From the NCBI GenBank assembly GCA_037128175.1, contig JBAXWY010000004.1:76555-140554 (forward strand): 64,000 nt of DNA, given 5' to 3'. Position numbers and translations under genes: made by a program. Of the stretch, positions 50,706 through 59,277 are shown piece by piece. The stretch's first letter is position 1; each line of letters starts with the position of its first letter. The DNA is from Methanothrix sp. (GTDB lineage Archaea > Halobacteriota > Methanosarcinia > Methanotrichales > Methanotrichaceae). The notes below the pieces were generated by a model that had not been told where the DNA came from, made no database searches, and saw only the letters and a program-made list of their open reading frames with translations.

Positions 50706-50778
50706 CTATCTTATAGATTACAATTTGCTTTTTCGCGAGCCCATCTGCCTTAGAAAAGAATCAATTTGCAATTGCGTT

Positions 50779-51105
50779 TCAGGGTTCGAGGTGATCTCTC
50801 TTCAGCTCGTCTATTGCCTCAGGCGTGAGACGGATTTCTGCCAATTGAATGGCACCCATGGAAGAGATCATCCTGATCATCAGATCCGAGATGGAGCGTC
50901 CGAGATCCTCATCTTTGCTGGATAGAGCCATGGACAGGGCACATCCCAGGTTATAGGCGGTCCAGCTGGCATAAGTGAAATGGACCATAAGATCCTCCAT
51001 TCCTCCTTCAATCCAGGGGCCCTCAGAGTCAGGCCCGATCACCCTCGATCTGATACTCTTGAAGCTCTGGATTTTTGCCTCAAACTGAACTAAGCCATCT
51101 ATCAT
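50779..51105 (-). CDS. Hypothetical protein
   Basis: 108 aa ORF with plausible codon usage; no motif recognised. Confidence 0.5.
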   Translation of the reverse strand: MIDGLVQFEAKIQSFKSIRSRVIGPDSEGPWIEGGMEDLMVHFTYASWTAYNLGCALSMALSSKDEDLGRSISDLMIRMISSMGAIQLAEIRLTPEAIDELKRDHLEP

Positions 51106-51273
51106 AAATACACATCCTGGCGGCTTTCAGAGTCCGTCATCATTCTTCCTTGCACGGCTTTAGGCTCTTTTTGCCCTGACTACAATGACTATATTCTAGC
51201 ATCCTAGTTCCTATTTAAGATTCCCATGCATGCCCGAAAACTAGATATATCTATAACGAATATAGTAGTAGTT

Positions 51274-51507
51274 TGTCGCGTAGTGTTCCAAAAGGACCAT
51301 GGTCCATAGGCCGATTAAGTCTGTCCGACCAATCATTCTGGCGCAGGATGATAGATTTCATCCTCCATCTCAGCTCGGATCGATCAATAATCCGAGGTCG
51401 GAAGGCGCCGCGCAAATTTCGGCGTAGGTCTTCGGCAGTGGCGAAAATCGCCTCTTCAGGCGCAATGCAAAGATCGCCATGGATCATTTTAAGGGAAAAA
51501 CGCGGCG
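51274..51507 (+). ncRNA. Candidate structured ncRNA (~235 nt)
   Basis: 5'/3' closing helix plus nested multibranch helices, G-U bias for plus strand, TATA-like sequence ~25 nt upstream. Confidence 0.5.
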
Positions 51508-51520
51508 CAGGAATGTGTGG

Positions 51521-51710
51521 AAAAAAAGGCTAGAGCCAGGCCCCCCATCGACCGATGTCCGGGTCCCCTTAAAACGGGCGCTGTGCTAAAATTCCAGTGC
51601 TGCCCTAGCCTAAAACTCACGCATTGGCCTTAGGCGAGATGAGACGACCGCAATTTAGCGGTTCTGTCCCTCTGAGGAGGGCGCTGTGGATCAGCGTTTT
51701 TCTCGTCTTC
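51521..51710 (-). ncRNA. Candidate structured ncRNA (~190 nt) ending in T7
   Basis: Four-way junction plus two longer stems with minus-strand G-U pairs, TTAAAAA at 51732-51738, T7 tail. Confidence 0.5.
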
Positions 51711-51787
51711 TTTTCACCTGCAAGTTTTCGATTTTTAAGCATATTACTAATATCGTTAGCCACTGAAAAATTGCGACGAGCCAAAAA

Positions 51788-51817
51788 ATTTATATCCCAC
51801 CACTATCATAAGGTTAG
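51788..51817 (+). promoter_or_regulatory. hsp20 TATA box plus HSR1-like heat-shock operator
   Basis: TTTATAT at 51789-51795; CTATC-N5-GTTAG at 51803-51817 versus Archaeoglobus HSR1 consensus CTAAC-N5-GTTAG. Confidence 0.6.
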
Positions 51818-51847
51818 TAATGAAAAGTAATCTTAAGGTGAGCTAAA

Positions 51848-52435
51848 ATGTGGGACAAGAGATATCCATCAATATTCGACATATTCGAGAGCTTCGCAAA
51901 AGGCTTTCCCTTTGAGAAGAAGGAAAAGTTCGAAGAGGACTGGTTCAAAGAGCCCTTTGAGGACATGATCAAGAGGTTTGAAGAGAATATGCCAGCCGAG
52001 TTCAAGACCTTTGTACGCGAAGATGAGACACCAGGAGGCGTATCTCGGCGATACGGCCCCTTCGTCTACGGCTTCAGCTATACGGCAGAACCGGGAAAGG
52101 AACCGGTCTTCAGTGAGTTTGGCAACATCAAGCCATCCCACCGGGGCATCGAGCCAAGCTCTGGCCGTGAGCCACTGGTTGATGTCATGAACGAGAAGGA
52201 GAGGTACAGGATCTTCGTGGAGCTGCCCGGCGTGGACAAAGACAAGGTAAGATTGGACGTAGCCGAGGACAGTGTAGAGATCAAGACCGATGACGATAAA
52301 AATTTCTACAAGATGATCTATCTCGACTCCGCCATAGACACGGACAGCGCCAAAGCCTCTTACAAGAACGGCGTCTTGACACTGGAGTTGGACAAGAAAG
52401 AGAAGAGAAAGGGAAAAGAGATCAAAATTGAGTGA
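51848..52435 (+). CDS. hsp20: Archaeal small heat shock protein Hsp20
   Basis: GPFVYGFS...P.F.EFGN, REPLVDV, ELPGV.K, ASYKNGVL, C-terminal IKI. Confidence 0.95.
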   Translation: MWDKRYPSIFDIFESFAKGFPFEKKEKFEEDWFKEPFEDMIKRFEENMPAEFKTFVREDETPGGVSRRYGPFVYGFSYTAEPGKEPVFSEFGNIKPSHRGIEPSSGREPLVDVMNEKERYRIFVELPGVDKDKVRLDVAEDSVEIKTDDDKNFYKMIYLDSAIDTDSAKASYKNGVLTLELDKKEKRKGKEIKIE

Positions 52436-52440
52436 GAAAG

Positions 52441-52486
52441 AATGGGCCAATATGAAAAATTCGGCCCATTATTATCAGTTTTTTTT
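52441..52486 (+). terminator. Hairpin plus T-run after hsp20
   Basis: AATGGGCC/GGCCCATT inverted repeat followed by T8. Confidence 0.65.
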
Positions 52487-52908
52487 CCAGCCAGCCTAAA
52501 CGGCAAGGTCCGTTTTTTGGTAGGAATCATTGCCTACACAAGGCCAATATGGCATTCATATGATTCAAAATAGGATTTTATGCGCTGATAAAACGCCAAT
52601 GTGAAAAATAGCTACTTAAATGCAGACGGCCCAGGTATGCTGCATGCAAAAGGTGAGCGGTGTTTTGGGGCAGAGCCGTGAGGATGGATATGAAGGCACA
52701 AACGGCATACTATCCGGCCTGAAGGAGTTGATGCACAACAAGTACGGCGATATAATTCTTCTTTGCAGCGTTACCGTAGCCTTCGGGATGCTATTGGCAG
52801 TCTCGGCTGCGGGCTGAAGCCACTGCCTCAAGTAAATATTTATTTTCGAGAACTGAATAACAAAGATTAAATCACCCCCCGTGCTTTAAAACCATAACGA
52901 GGATTGGC

Positions 52909-54657
52909 ATGGACAAGAATGAGTTGGTAAACGAACTCGCCAGGAGGCGCGGCTTTCTCTGGCCCGCCTTTGAGCTTTATGGCGGTGCTGCTGGTTTTTA
53001 TGATTACGGCCCACTGGGCGCGCCCCTCAAAAGGCGCATTGAAGACATCTGGCGGCAGTACTTCGTCATATCGGAGGGATTTGCAGAGATCGAGGCGCCC
53101 ACCATCGGTGTGGAGGGAATCTACCAGGCCTCCGGCCACTTGAGCGGCTTTTCCGATCCGCTTACCAGTTGCAAAGAGTGCAAAGAGGTCTACCGGGCCG
53201 ATCACCTCATCAAGCACATCATCGAGGTGCCCGATGCCCTCAGCAATGGGGAGATCTACAAATGCATTCAAGAAAATGAGATTGGCTGCCCGGAGTGCGG
53301 AGGAGAGCTTTCCTCGGTATACGAGTTCAATCTCATGTTCAAGACCATGATTGGCCCGGGCAACAAGATGACCGGCTATCTGCGACCGGAGACGGCGCAG
53401 GGCATGTTCATCAACTTCCCCAGGCTCCTGCGCTACTTCCGCGATTCTCTGCCCTTTGCCGCGGTGCAGATCGGCAAGTCCTTTAGAAATGAGATCTCGC
53501 CCCGTCAGGGAGTGATCAGGCTGCGGGAGTTCACTCAGGCCGAGGCGGAAATCTTCATAGATCCACGGGATAAGAGCCACCCCCGCTTCTCCGAGGTCGC
53601 GGACATCAAGATGAAGTTCTACTCCCAGGCGGCGCAGGAGAGGGGCGAAGCGGAGGAGATGACCTTTGGCGAGGCTGTGGAAAGGGGTATTATAGCCCAC
53701 CAGGCCCTGGCCTACTACGTGGCCCGCACCTATCAGTTCCTCCTGGCTGTGGGCGTAGCCCCGGACAAGCTGCGTTTTCGCCAGCACAAAGTCGATGAGA
53801 TGGCCCACTATGCCGCAGACTGCTGGGACGCAGAGGTATTTTTGGACCGGCTGGGCTGGATTGAGATCGTGGGCGTGGCGGACAGAACCGACTTTGACTT
53901 GAAAGCTCACGCACAGGCCAGCAAAGTAAATCTAAGCGTTTTCGTGCACTACGATCAGCCCGTGAAACGCAGTAAGATGGTCGTCAAGCCAAACTTCAAG
54001 GCCCTGGGACCCAGGTTCAAAGCCAAGGCCAAAGCAGTAGGCGAGGCCCTCAAGGCCCTTTCTCCAGAGGAGCTAAAAAGCGGCGATATGATCCTCCTGA
54101 CGATCGAAGGAGAGACAATTGAGATCGAGCCTGCTCTCGTCTCCTTTGAGAGCGTGGAAGAAGAGATTCGCGGGGAAGAGGTCGTACCTCACGTCATTGA
54201 GCCCTCCTTCGGCATAGACCGGATAATTTACACCGTCCTGGACCACTCTTTCTACGCGGACGAGGTAGACGGCGAGACGCGCGCCGTGCTCAGATTCCTG
54301 CCGGCCGTCGCCCCCATTGAGGTGGCAGTTTTGCCTTTGATGGACCGAAAGGAGCTGTCGGATCCGGCCAAGGCCATTTTGCAGGAGCTACGAACACGCG
54401 GCATGCGTGTGGACTACGATACTTCCGGATCGATCGGGCGAAGATATAGGCGCAACGATGAGATAGGCACTCCATTCGACGTCACTGTAGATTATGATAC
54501 GCTGGAGCAGGGCACGGTCACCATTCGAGACCGCGACAGCATGCAGCAGGTCAAGGTCCCACGGTGGCAAGTGGCGGACAAGCTGACGGCAATGCTTAGC
54601 GGCCTCCTCAAGTTCCAGGATGCAGGGGATCTGGTTGCGTCCTCAAAGAAGGAGTAA
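52909..54657 (+). CDS. glyS: Glycine-tRNA ligase (archaeal/eukaryotic type)
   Basis: YDYGP.G, YLRPETAQG.F.NF, FRNEISPRQG..RLREF.QAE, AHYA.DCWD, IEPSFGIDR. Confidence 0.97.
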   Translation: MDKNELVNELARRRGFLWPAFELYGGAAGFYDYGPLGAPLKRRIEDIWRQYFVISEGFAEIEAPTIGVEGIYQASGHLSGFSDPLTSCKECKEVYRADHLIKHIIEVPDALSNGEIYKCIQENEIGCPECGGELSSVYEFNLMFKTMIGPGNKMTGYLRPETAQGMFINFPRLLRYFRDSLPFAAVQIGKSFRNEISPRQGVIRLREFTQAEAEIFIDPRDKSHPRFSEVADIKMKFYSQAAQERGEAEEMTFGEAVERGIIAHQALAYYVARTYQFLLAVGVAPDKLRFRQHKVDEMAHYAADCWDAEVFLDRLGWIEIVGVADRTDFDLKAHAQASKVNLSVFVHYDQPVKRSKMVVKPNFKALGPRFKAKAKAVGEALKALSPEELKSGDMILLTIEGETIEIEPALVSFESVEEEIRGEEVVPHVIEPSFGIDRIIYTVLDHSFYADEVDGETRAVLRFLPAVAPIEVAVLPLMDRKELSDPAKAILQELRTRGMRVDYDTSGSIGRRYRRNDEIGTPFDVTVDYDTLEQGTVTIRDRDSMQQVKVPRWQVADKLTAMLSGLLKFQDAGDLVASSKKE

Positions 54658-54721
54658 GCCTGCCAAAACGAGTGGAAAACGGCAAAGAGGGAACAGTGAT
54701 GCCAGGGGAGACTAACTGACC

Positions 54722-55369
54722 GTGCCGGAACTGGCCTTGGAATGGCGTGCCAAGCTGGTCAAAGAGGTGCGCAGAAAGGCCATTCACCTCACCGGCCTTT
54801 CCGTGCCTTTGGGCCTCATCCTCCTGGGCCGTACGGTTACGGCGAGCGCCATCGCTCTTGTGCTGGCCGCATCTTTGCTGCTGGAGGCGGCACGGCTGAA
54901 GGGAATGATCCGGCTGCCTGAGGTGCGTGATCACGAGGAGACCAAGGTTGCCAGCTACATTTATTACATGGCGGGCAGCCTCTTTTGTGTGCTGCTCTTC
55001 CCGCCCAGCATCGCCGTGACTGCCATGCTCTTTCTCATCCTGGGTGATACGGTAAGTGGTCTCGCCGGCTCCATTTTGAAGAACTGCGATGTGCGAGGCG
55101 CGGCTGCTCCCGTGGGGAGAGGGCGCATCAAGCCCCTGCCGGTTGTGGCTGCCATGTTCATAGCCTGTCTTTTTATCGGCTACCTTGCTTCCGGCTTTTC
55201 CGGCCTTTCCTTTCCCGTTTACCTGGCGGGAGCGGCAGCGGCTACCTTCGCCGACGGCGTAGCGATTATCATTGGAAAGAGAAGCCTGGACGACAACTTC
55301 TCCATACCGATATTCTCAGGCGCTCTCATGAGTGCTGTCGCCATAATTCCCCACTATATACTGCTTTAG
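54722..55369 (+). CDS. SEC59/DGK1/VTE5-family polyprenol/diacylglycerol kinase
   Basis: E..RK.IH, L..GD..S.L.G, DDN..IP; multi-TM. Confidence 0.82.
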   Translation: MPELALEWRAKLVKEVRRKAIHLTGLSVPLGLILLGRTVTASAIALVLAASLLLEAARLKGMIRLPEVRDHEETKVASYIYYMAGSLFCVLLFPPSIAVTAMLFLILGDTVSGLAGSILKNCDVRGAAAPVGRGRIKPLPVVAAMFIACLFIGYLASGFSGLSFPVYLAGAAAATFADGVAIIIGKRSLDDNFSIPIFSGALMSAVAIIPHYILL

Positions 55370-55387
55370 AGGTATGGTGGTTTGGCT

Positions 55388-55508
55388 CCTCGTCTTTGTG
55401 CCTTTGTGTCTTTGTGGTGATGGTAGTAGTGGTAGTAAGCTCTAATTCGACATTTCTACCCAAAAAATCAAACCACAAAGGCACAAAGCCACAAAGGACG
55501 CACAACGA
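55388..55508. repeat. Full palindromic CTTTGTG/CACAAAG dispersed repeat
   Basis: CTTTGTG x3 ... CACAAAG x3 arms flanking a ~50-nt spacer. Confidence 0.85.
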
Positions 55509-55657
55509 TAATTAGGAAAAACTGAGTTCACCAAACAAAATAGCGATGATGCCGATCTTTGGGCGCTAAGAAAAGGTTTTTTAAAGTATGCCATTGTATC
55601 ATTTCACGCTCACAAGCGGCAATTGCTGCTTGTTAAGGGAATTTAGGAGGAAATGGA

Positions 55658-56326
55658 ATGGATATTATTCTGATCGGTCCACCGGGATCCGGCAAGGGCA
55701 CACAGGCCAAGATGATCGTAGACAAGTACCATGTTAAGCACGTCTCCACCGGAGACATTCTTCGAGAGAACGTTCGCAATGGAACTCCTCTAGGCGTTGA
55801 GGCCAAGAAGTTCATGGAATCCGGCAAACTGGTTCCTGACACTCTTCTCATCGATATCATCAAGGATCGCCTGGCCAAGGATGACGTTAAAGGCGGCTGG
55901 ATGCTGGACGGCTTCCCCCGGACCATGCCCCAGGCAGAAGCACTGGATAAGATCCTTCCCGCTCTCGGCCAGAAGATCGATGTGGTTCTGAACATCGATG
56001 TTCCCGATGCAGAGCTGGTCAAGCGCGTGACCGGCAGAAGGATGTGCAAGTGCGGCGCTACATACCACGAACTGTTCAATAAGCCCAAGGTTGCCGGAAA
56101 GTGCGATGCCTGCGGCGGCGACCTGTACCAGAGGGCAGACGACACTGAAGAGACAGTCAAGGAGAGACTGACTGCCTACCATGCCCAGACCCAGCCGCTC
56201 ATCGACTACTACAACAAGAGGGGCATTGTCTCCACCGTTCTTGGTGTGGGCGATATCAAGGAGATCTTCGGCAAGGTCATCACTGCTCTGGATATTGTGC
56301 AAATGAACATCAAAAGGATTCAGTAA
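55658..56326 (+). CDS. adk: Adenylate kinase (bacterial type, Zn LID)
   Basis: GPPGSGKGTQA, STGD.LR, LDGFPRT..QA, C.C...CDAC, QR.DD. Confidence 0.96.
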   Translation: MDIILIGPPGSGKGTQAKMIVDKYHVKHVSTGDILRENVRNGTPLGVEAKKFMESGKLVPDTLLIDIIKDRLAKDDVKGGWMLDGFPRTMPQAEALDKILPALGQKIDVVLNIDVPDAELVKRVTGRRMCKCGATYHELFNKPKVAGKCDACGGDLYQRADDTEETVKERLTAYHAQTQPLIDYYNKRGIVSTVLGVGDIKEIFGKVITALDIVQMNIKRIQ

Positions 56327-56429
56327 TTAATATACCAGAGATACCAACATTTTTTTTAAGTTAGGTGAAGTGATTCTAGAGTTTTGGCCGAAATTTCTCT
56401 TACAATTACAGCTATTCTCGTGGACGTCT

Positions 56430-56908
56430 GCAAGCTGGTTCCTGACACTCCTCTCATTGATATCATCAAAGATCGTCTGGCCAAGGATGATGTTAATGGC
56501 GGCTGGATGCTGGACGGCTTCCCCCGGACCATGCCCCAGGCTGAAGCACTGGACAAGATTCTTCCCGCATTGGGCCAGAAGATCAATGTCGTTTTGAACA
56601 TCGATGTTCCCGATGCAAAGCTGGTCAAGCGCGTCACAGGTAGAAGGATGTGCAAGTGCGGCGCGACATACCACGAACTCTTCAATAAGCCCAAGGTTGC
56701 TGGAAAGTGCGATGCCTGGGGCAGCGAGCTGTACCAGAGGGCGGACGATAACGAGGCCACAGTCAAGCAGAGACTGACTGCCTACCATGCCCAGACCCAG
56801 CCGCTTATCGACTACTACAACAAGAGGGGCATCGTCGCCACCGTTCTTGGTGTGGGCGATATCAAGACCATCTTCGGCGAAGTAGTCAAGGCTCTGGATA
56901 AGATTTAG
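56430..56908 (+). pseudogene. adk: 5'-truncated adk duplicate
   Basis: Colinear with 55824-56294 at offset 606; no P-loop; CDAC changed to CDAW. Confidence 0.88.
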
Positions 56909-57063
56909 AGATCTTTCCACAACTCTTTTTCAAACATTTTTTGCAGAGAATTGACCTCTCATAAAGCGTGCCAATAATTTTTCCAAACGTTTTTAAATTG
57001 AAGAGATGATGTCTGAATCAGTGGGACACCACGAAACCAAAGAAAAGGCATGCAATAGTTATA

Positions 57064-59206
57064 TTGTTGATCGTCTTGGTAGCTTTGGCAATTACTTGGT
57101 TTCCACAAATCCAAAATAGTTCTCTGATCGCAGCGGGCGGCATCTTGGCCACAGCAATAGAACTCATTGGTTTTGTCAACGATCGCAAATCTAAAGAGGA
57201 ATCCCAACAGGGCATCATTGCAAATCCAACTCATCAGACCATCAATACTGGAACTGTTAGGGGTGATTTGCTCTCCGGGCGGTTCGACGGACCTACGGCA
57301 ACGGGTGGAAAAGCATTGGACATGCGAGGTGCCACTGGACCGATAATCGAGCCTATCGGTCCGGTAAGCCAATACATCGGGGATATAATCATCAAACCAC
57401 AAGAGAAGCTACCAGTCCCGCGAATCCAAGCACCTCCGCAAGACTTTGTCGGCAGAGATGATGAGCTGAAAGAAATGCTGAACAACTTTGAGCGCGGTGC
57501 CACCATAACAGGCCTGCGTGGGATGGGCGGAGTCGGCAAAACTGCTCTTGCTCTGGTGCTGGCGGATAAGCTCAAAAGCCGCTTTCAAAATGGTCAGATC
57601 TTCCTCAGGCTGGAGGGCACGAGCCCAAATCCTTTGAAACCTGCCGATGCTATGGTCCAGGTAATTCGCGCTTTTTCACGTCTCAGAAGAACGCTTGCCG
57701 GAAGACCAAAACGAGTTGCAAGGACTTTATAACTCAGTACTTGAAGGAAAGAGCGTTCTGCTTCTGTTGGACAATGCCGCTGATGATAAGCAGGTCCTCC
57801 CGCTTCTGCCTCCGTTGGGTTGTGTCGTCTTGGTCACATCGAGGAAGAAGTTCACCTTGCCCGGAATGCCCGAGCCTTTCTTATTGGACACATTGAAGCC
57901 ATCCGATGCCCGAGATTTGCTGCTCAAGATATGCCCTCGCATGAGCCGCCAAGCTGAAGAGATCGCCAAGCTCTGTGGCTACCTTCCTCTTGCCCTGCGG
58001 GCGACGGCCAGCCTTCTGGCAGTTAAAAGCGACTTGAATCCATCAAGCTATCTCGAAGAGCTACGATCCGAACGCACGCGGCTGGAGAAGATTGGAAAAG
58101 AGGGCGTGGACCTAGACGTGGAGGCCAGCTTCACCTTGAGCTACAATCGCCTGCCAGAAGAGATGGCAAATGTATTTTGCCAGCTTTCAGTCTTTCCATC
58201 CGACTTCGACGCTCAAGCGGAGGATGCTGTCTGCCAAGATGAAGGGCATTGCAATTTGAGCGAGCTTGTAACTTGGAGTCTTGTGGAGTTCCTGTCCTCT
58301 GCCTCCGGTGAAGGAGGACGCTACCGCTTGCACGACCTGGCGCGAGTCTTTGCCGAATCTCGCTTGGAAGATGCATACCGTGAACCTGCCAGACTGCGTC
58401 ATGCCAGGCACTACCAGAAATTGCTTTGGGCTGCAAATAAGCAATTTCTGCAGGGTAATGATAGGTTAGCAATGGGTTTGAAGCTTTTCGATATCAATTG
58501 GATGAACATTAAATCCGGGCAAAATTGGGCGAGTGAGAACAAATCCAAGAGCAACGAAATAGCGGAAATTTGCAGCAACTTTGCCGATGCAAGCTCTATC
58601 TTGAATTTACGGCTGCATCCACTCAGGTATACCGAATGGTTAGAAGAGGCACTCAAAATTTCACGCGAGATTGGGGACCGACGGGGCGAAGGAGCCAAAC
58701 TGGGCAACATGGGAAATACCTATTCTCATCTGAGCGAGCCGCGAAAAGCAATCGAATACTATGAGCAGGCACTCAAAATTTCACGCGAGATTGGGGACCG
58801 GCGGGGCGAAGGAAACCGCCTGGGCGAGCTGGGAGATGCCTATTCTCATCTGGGCGAGCCGCGAAAAGCAATCGAATACTACGAGCAGGCACTCAAAATT
58901 TCACGCGAGATTGGGGACCGGATGGGCGAAGGAGCCCACCTGGGCAGCCTGGGAAATGCCTATTCTCATCTGGGCGAGCCGCGAAAAGCAATCGAATACT
59001 ACGAGCAAGCGCTTAAAATTTTACGCGAGATTGGGGACCGGCGGGGCGAAGGAGCCGGCCTGGGCAACCTGGGGTACTTATTGTACCGGCTTGACAAGAA
59101 AGTAGAAGCAATCAAGCTGGCAAAAGAAGCACTTATCATTTTCGAGCAAATTGAAAGCCCCAATGTAAAGGTGGTAAAGGAATGGATCCGAAAGTGGGAA
59201 GAATAA
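57064..59206 (+). pseudogene. Membrane-anchored NB-ARC (STAND) NTPase with TPR repeats, +1 frameshift at T5 57672-57676
   Basis: FVGR, GMGGVGKT, LLLDNA, VTSR, CGYLPLAL, LHDL, four 40-aa TPR units; deleting one T fuses the two ORFs. Confidence 0.88.
58648..59073 (+). repeat. 120-bp tandem repeat x~3.5 encoding TPR units
   Basis: GCACTCAAAATTTCACGCGAGATTGGGGACCG recurring every 120 nt. Confidence 0.95.
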
Positions 59207-59277
59207 GCAGCTTATTCGCTCATCAATATCCATAATCCCGGCAACCTTTTTATTCACCCTCGAATCAGGACCAACCA

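Noticed and set aside
51274-51710. SRP RNA, RNase P RNA or C/D guide RNA
   Set aside because: No SRP helix-8 motif, no RNase P GAGGAAAGTCC-type motif, and the GAGATGA...CTGA pair has no recognisable C'/D' boxes or guide target
52620-52817. Small ORF with hydrophobic C-terminus between hsp20 and glyS
   Set aside because: Could be a small membrane peptide, but there is no clear start or SD and no family motif, so support is insufficient
58648-59073. CRISPR array or complete DGR
   Set aside because: Repeats are in-frame 120-bp coding units with no unique spacers; no cas or reverse transcriptase gene is present
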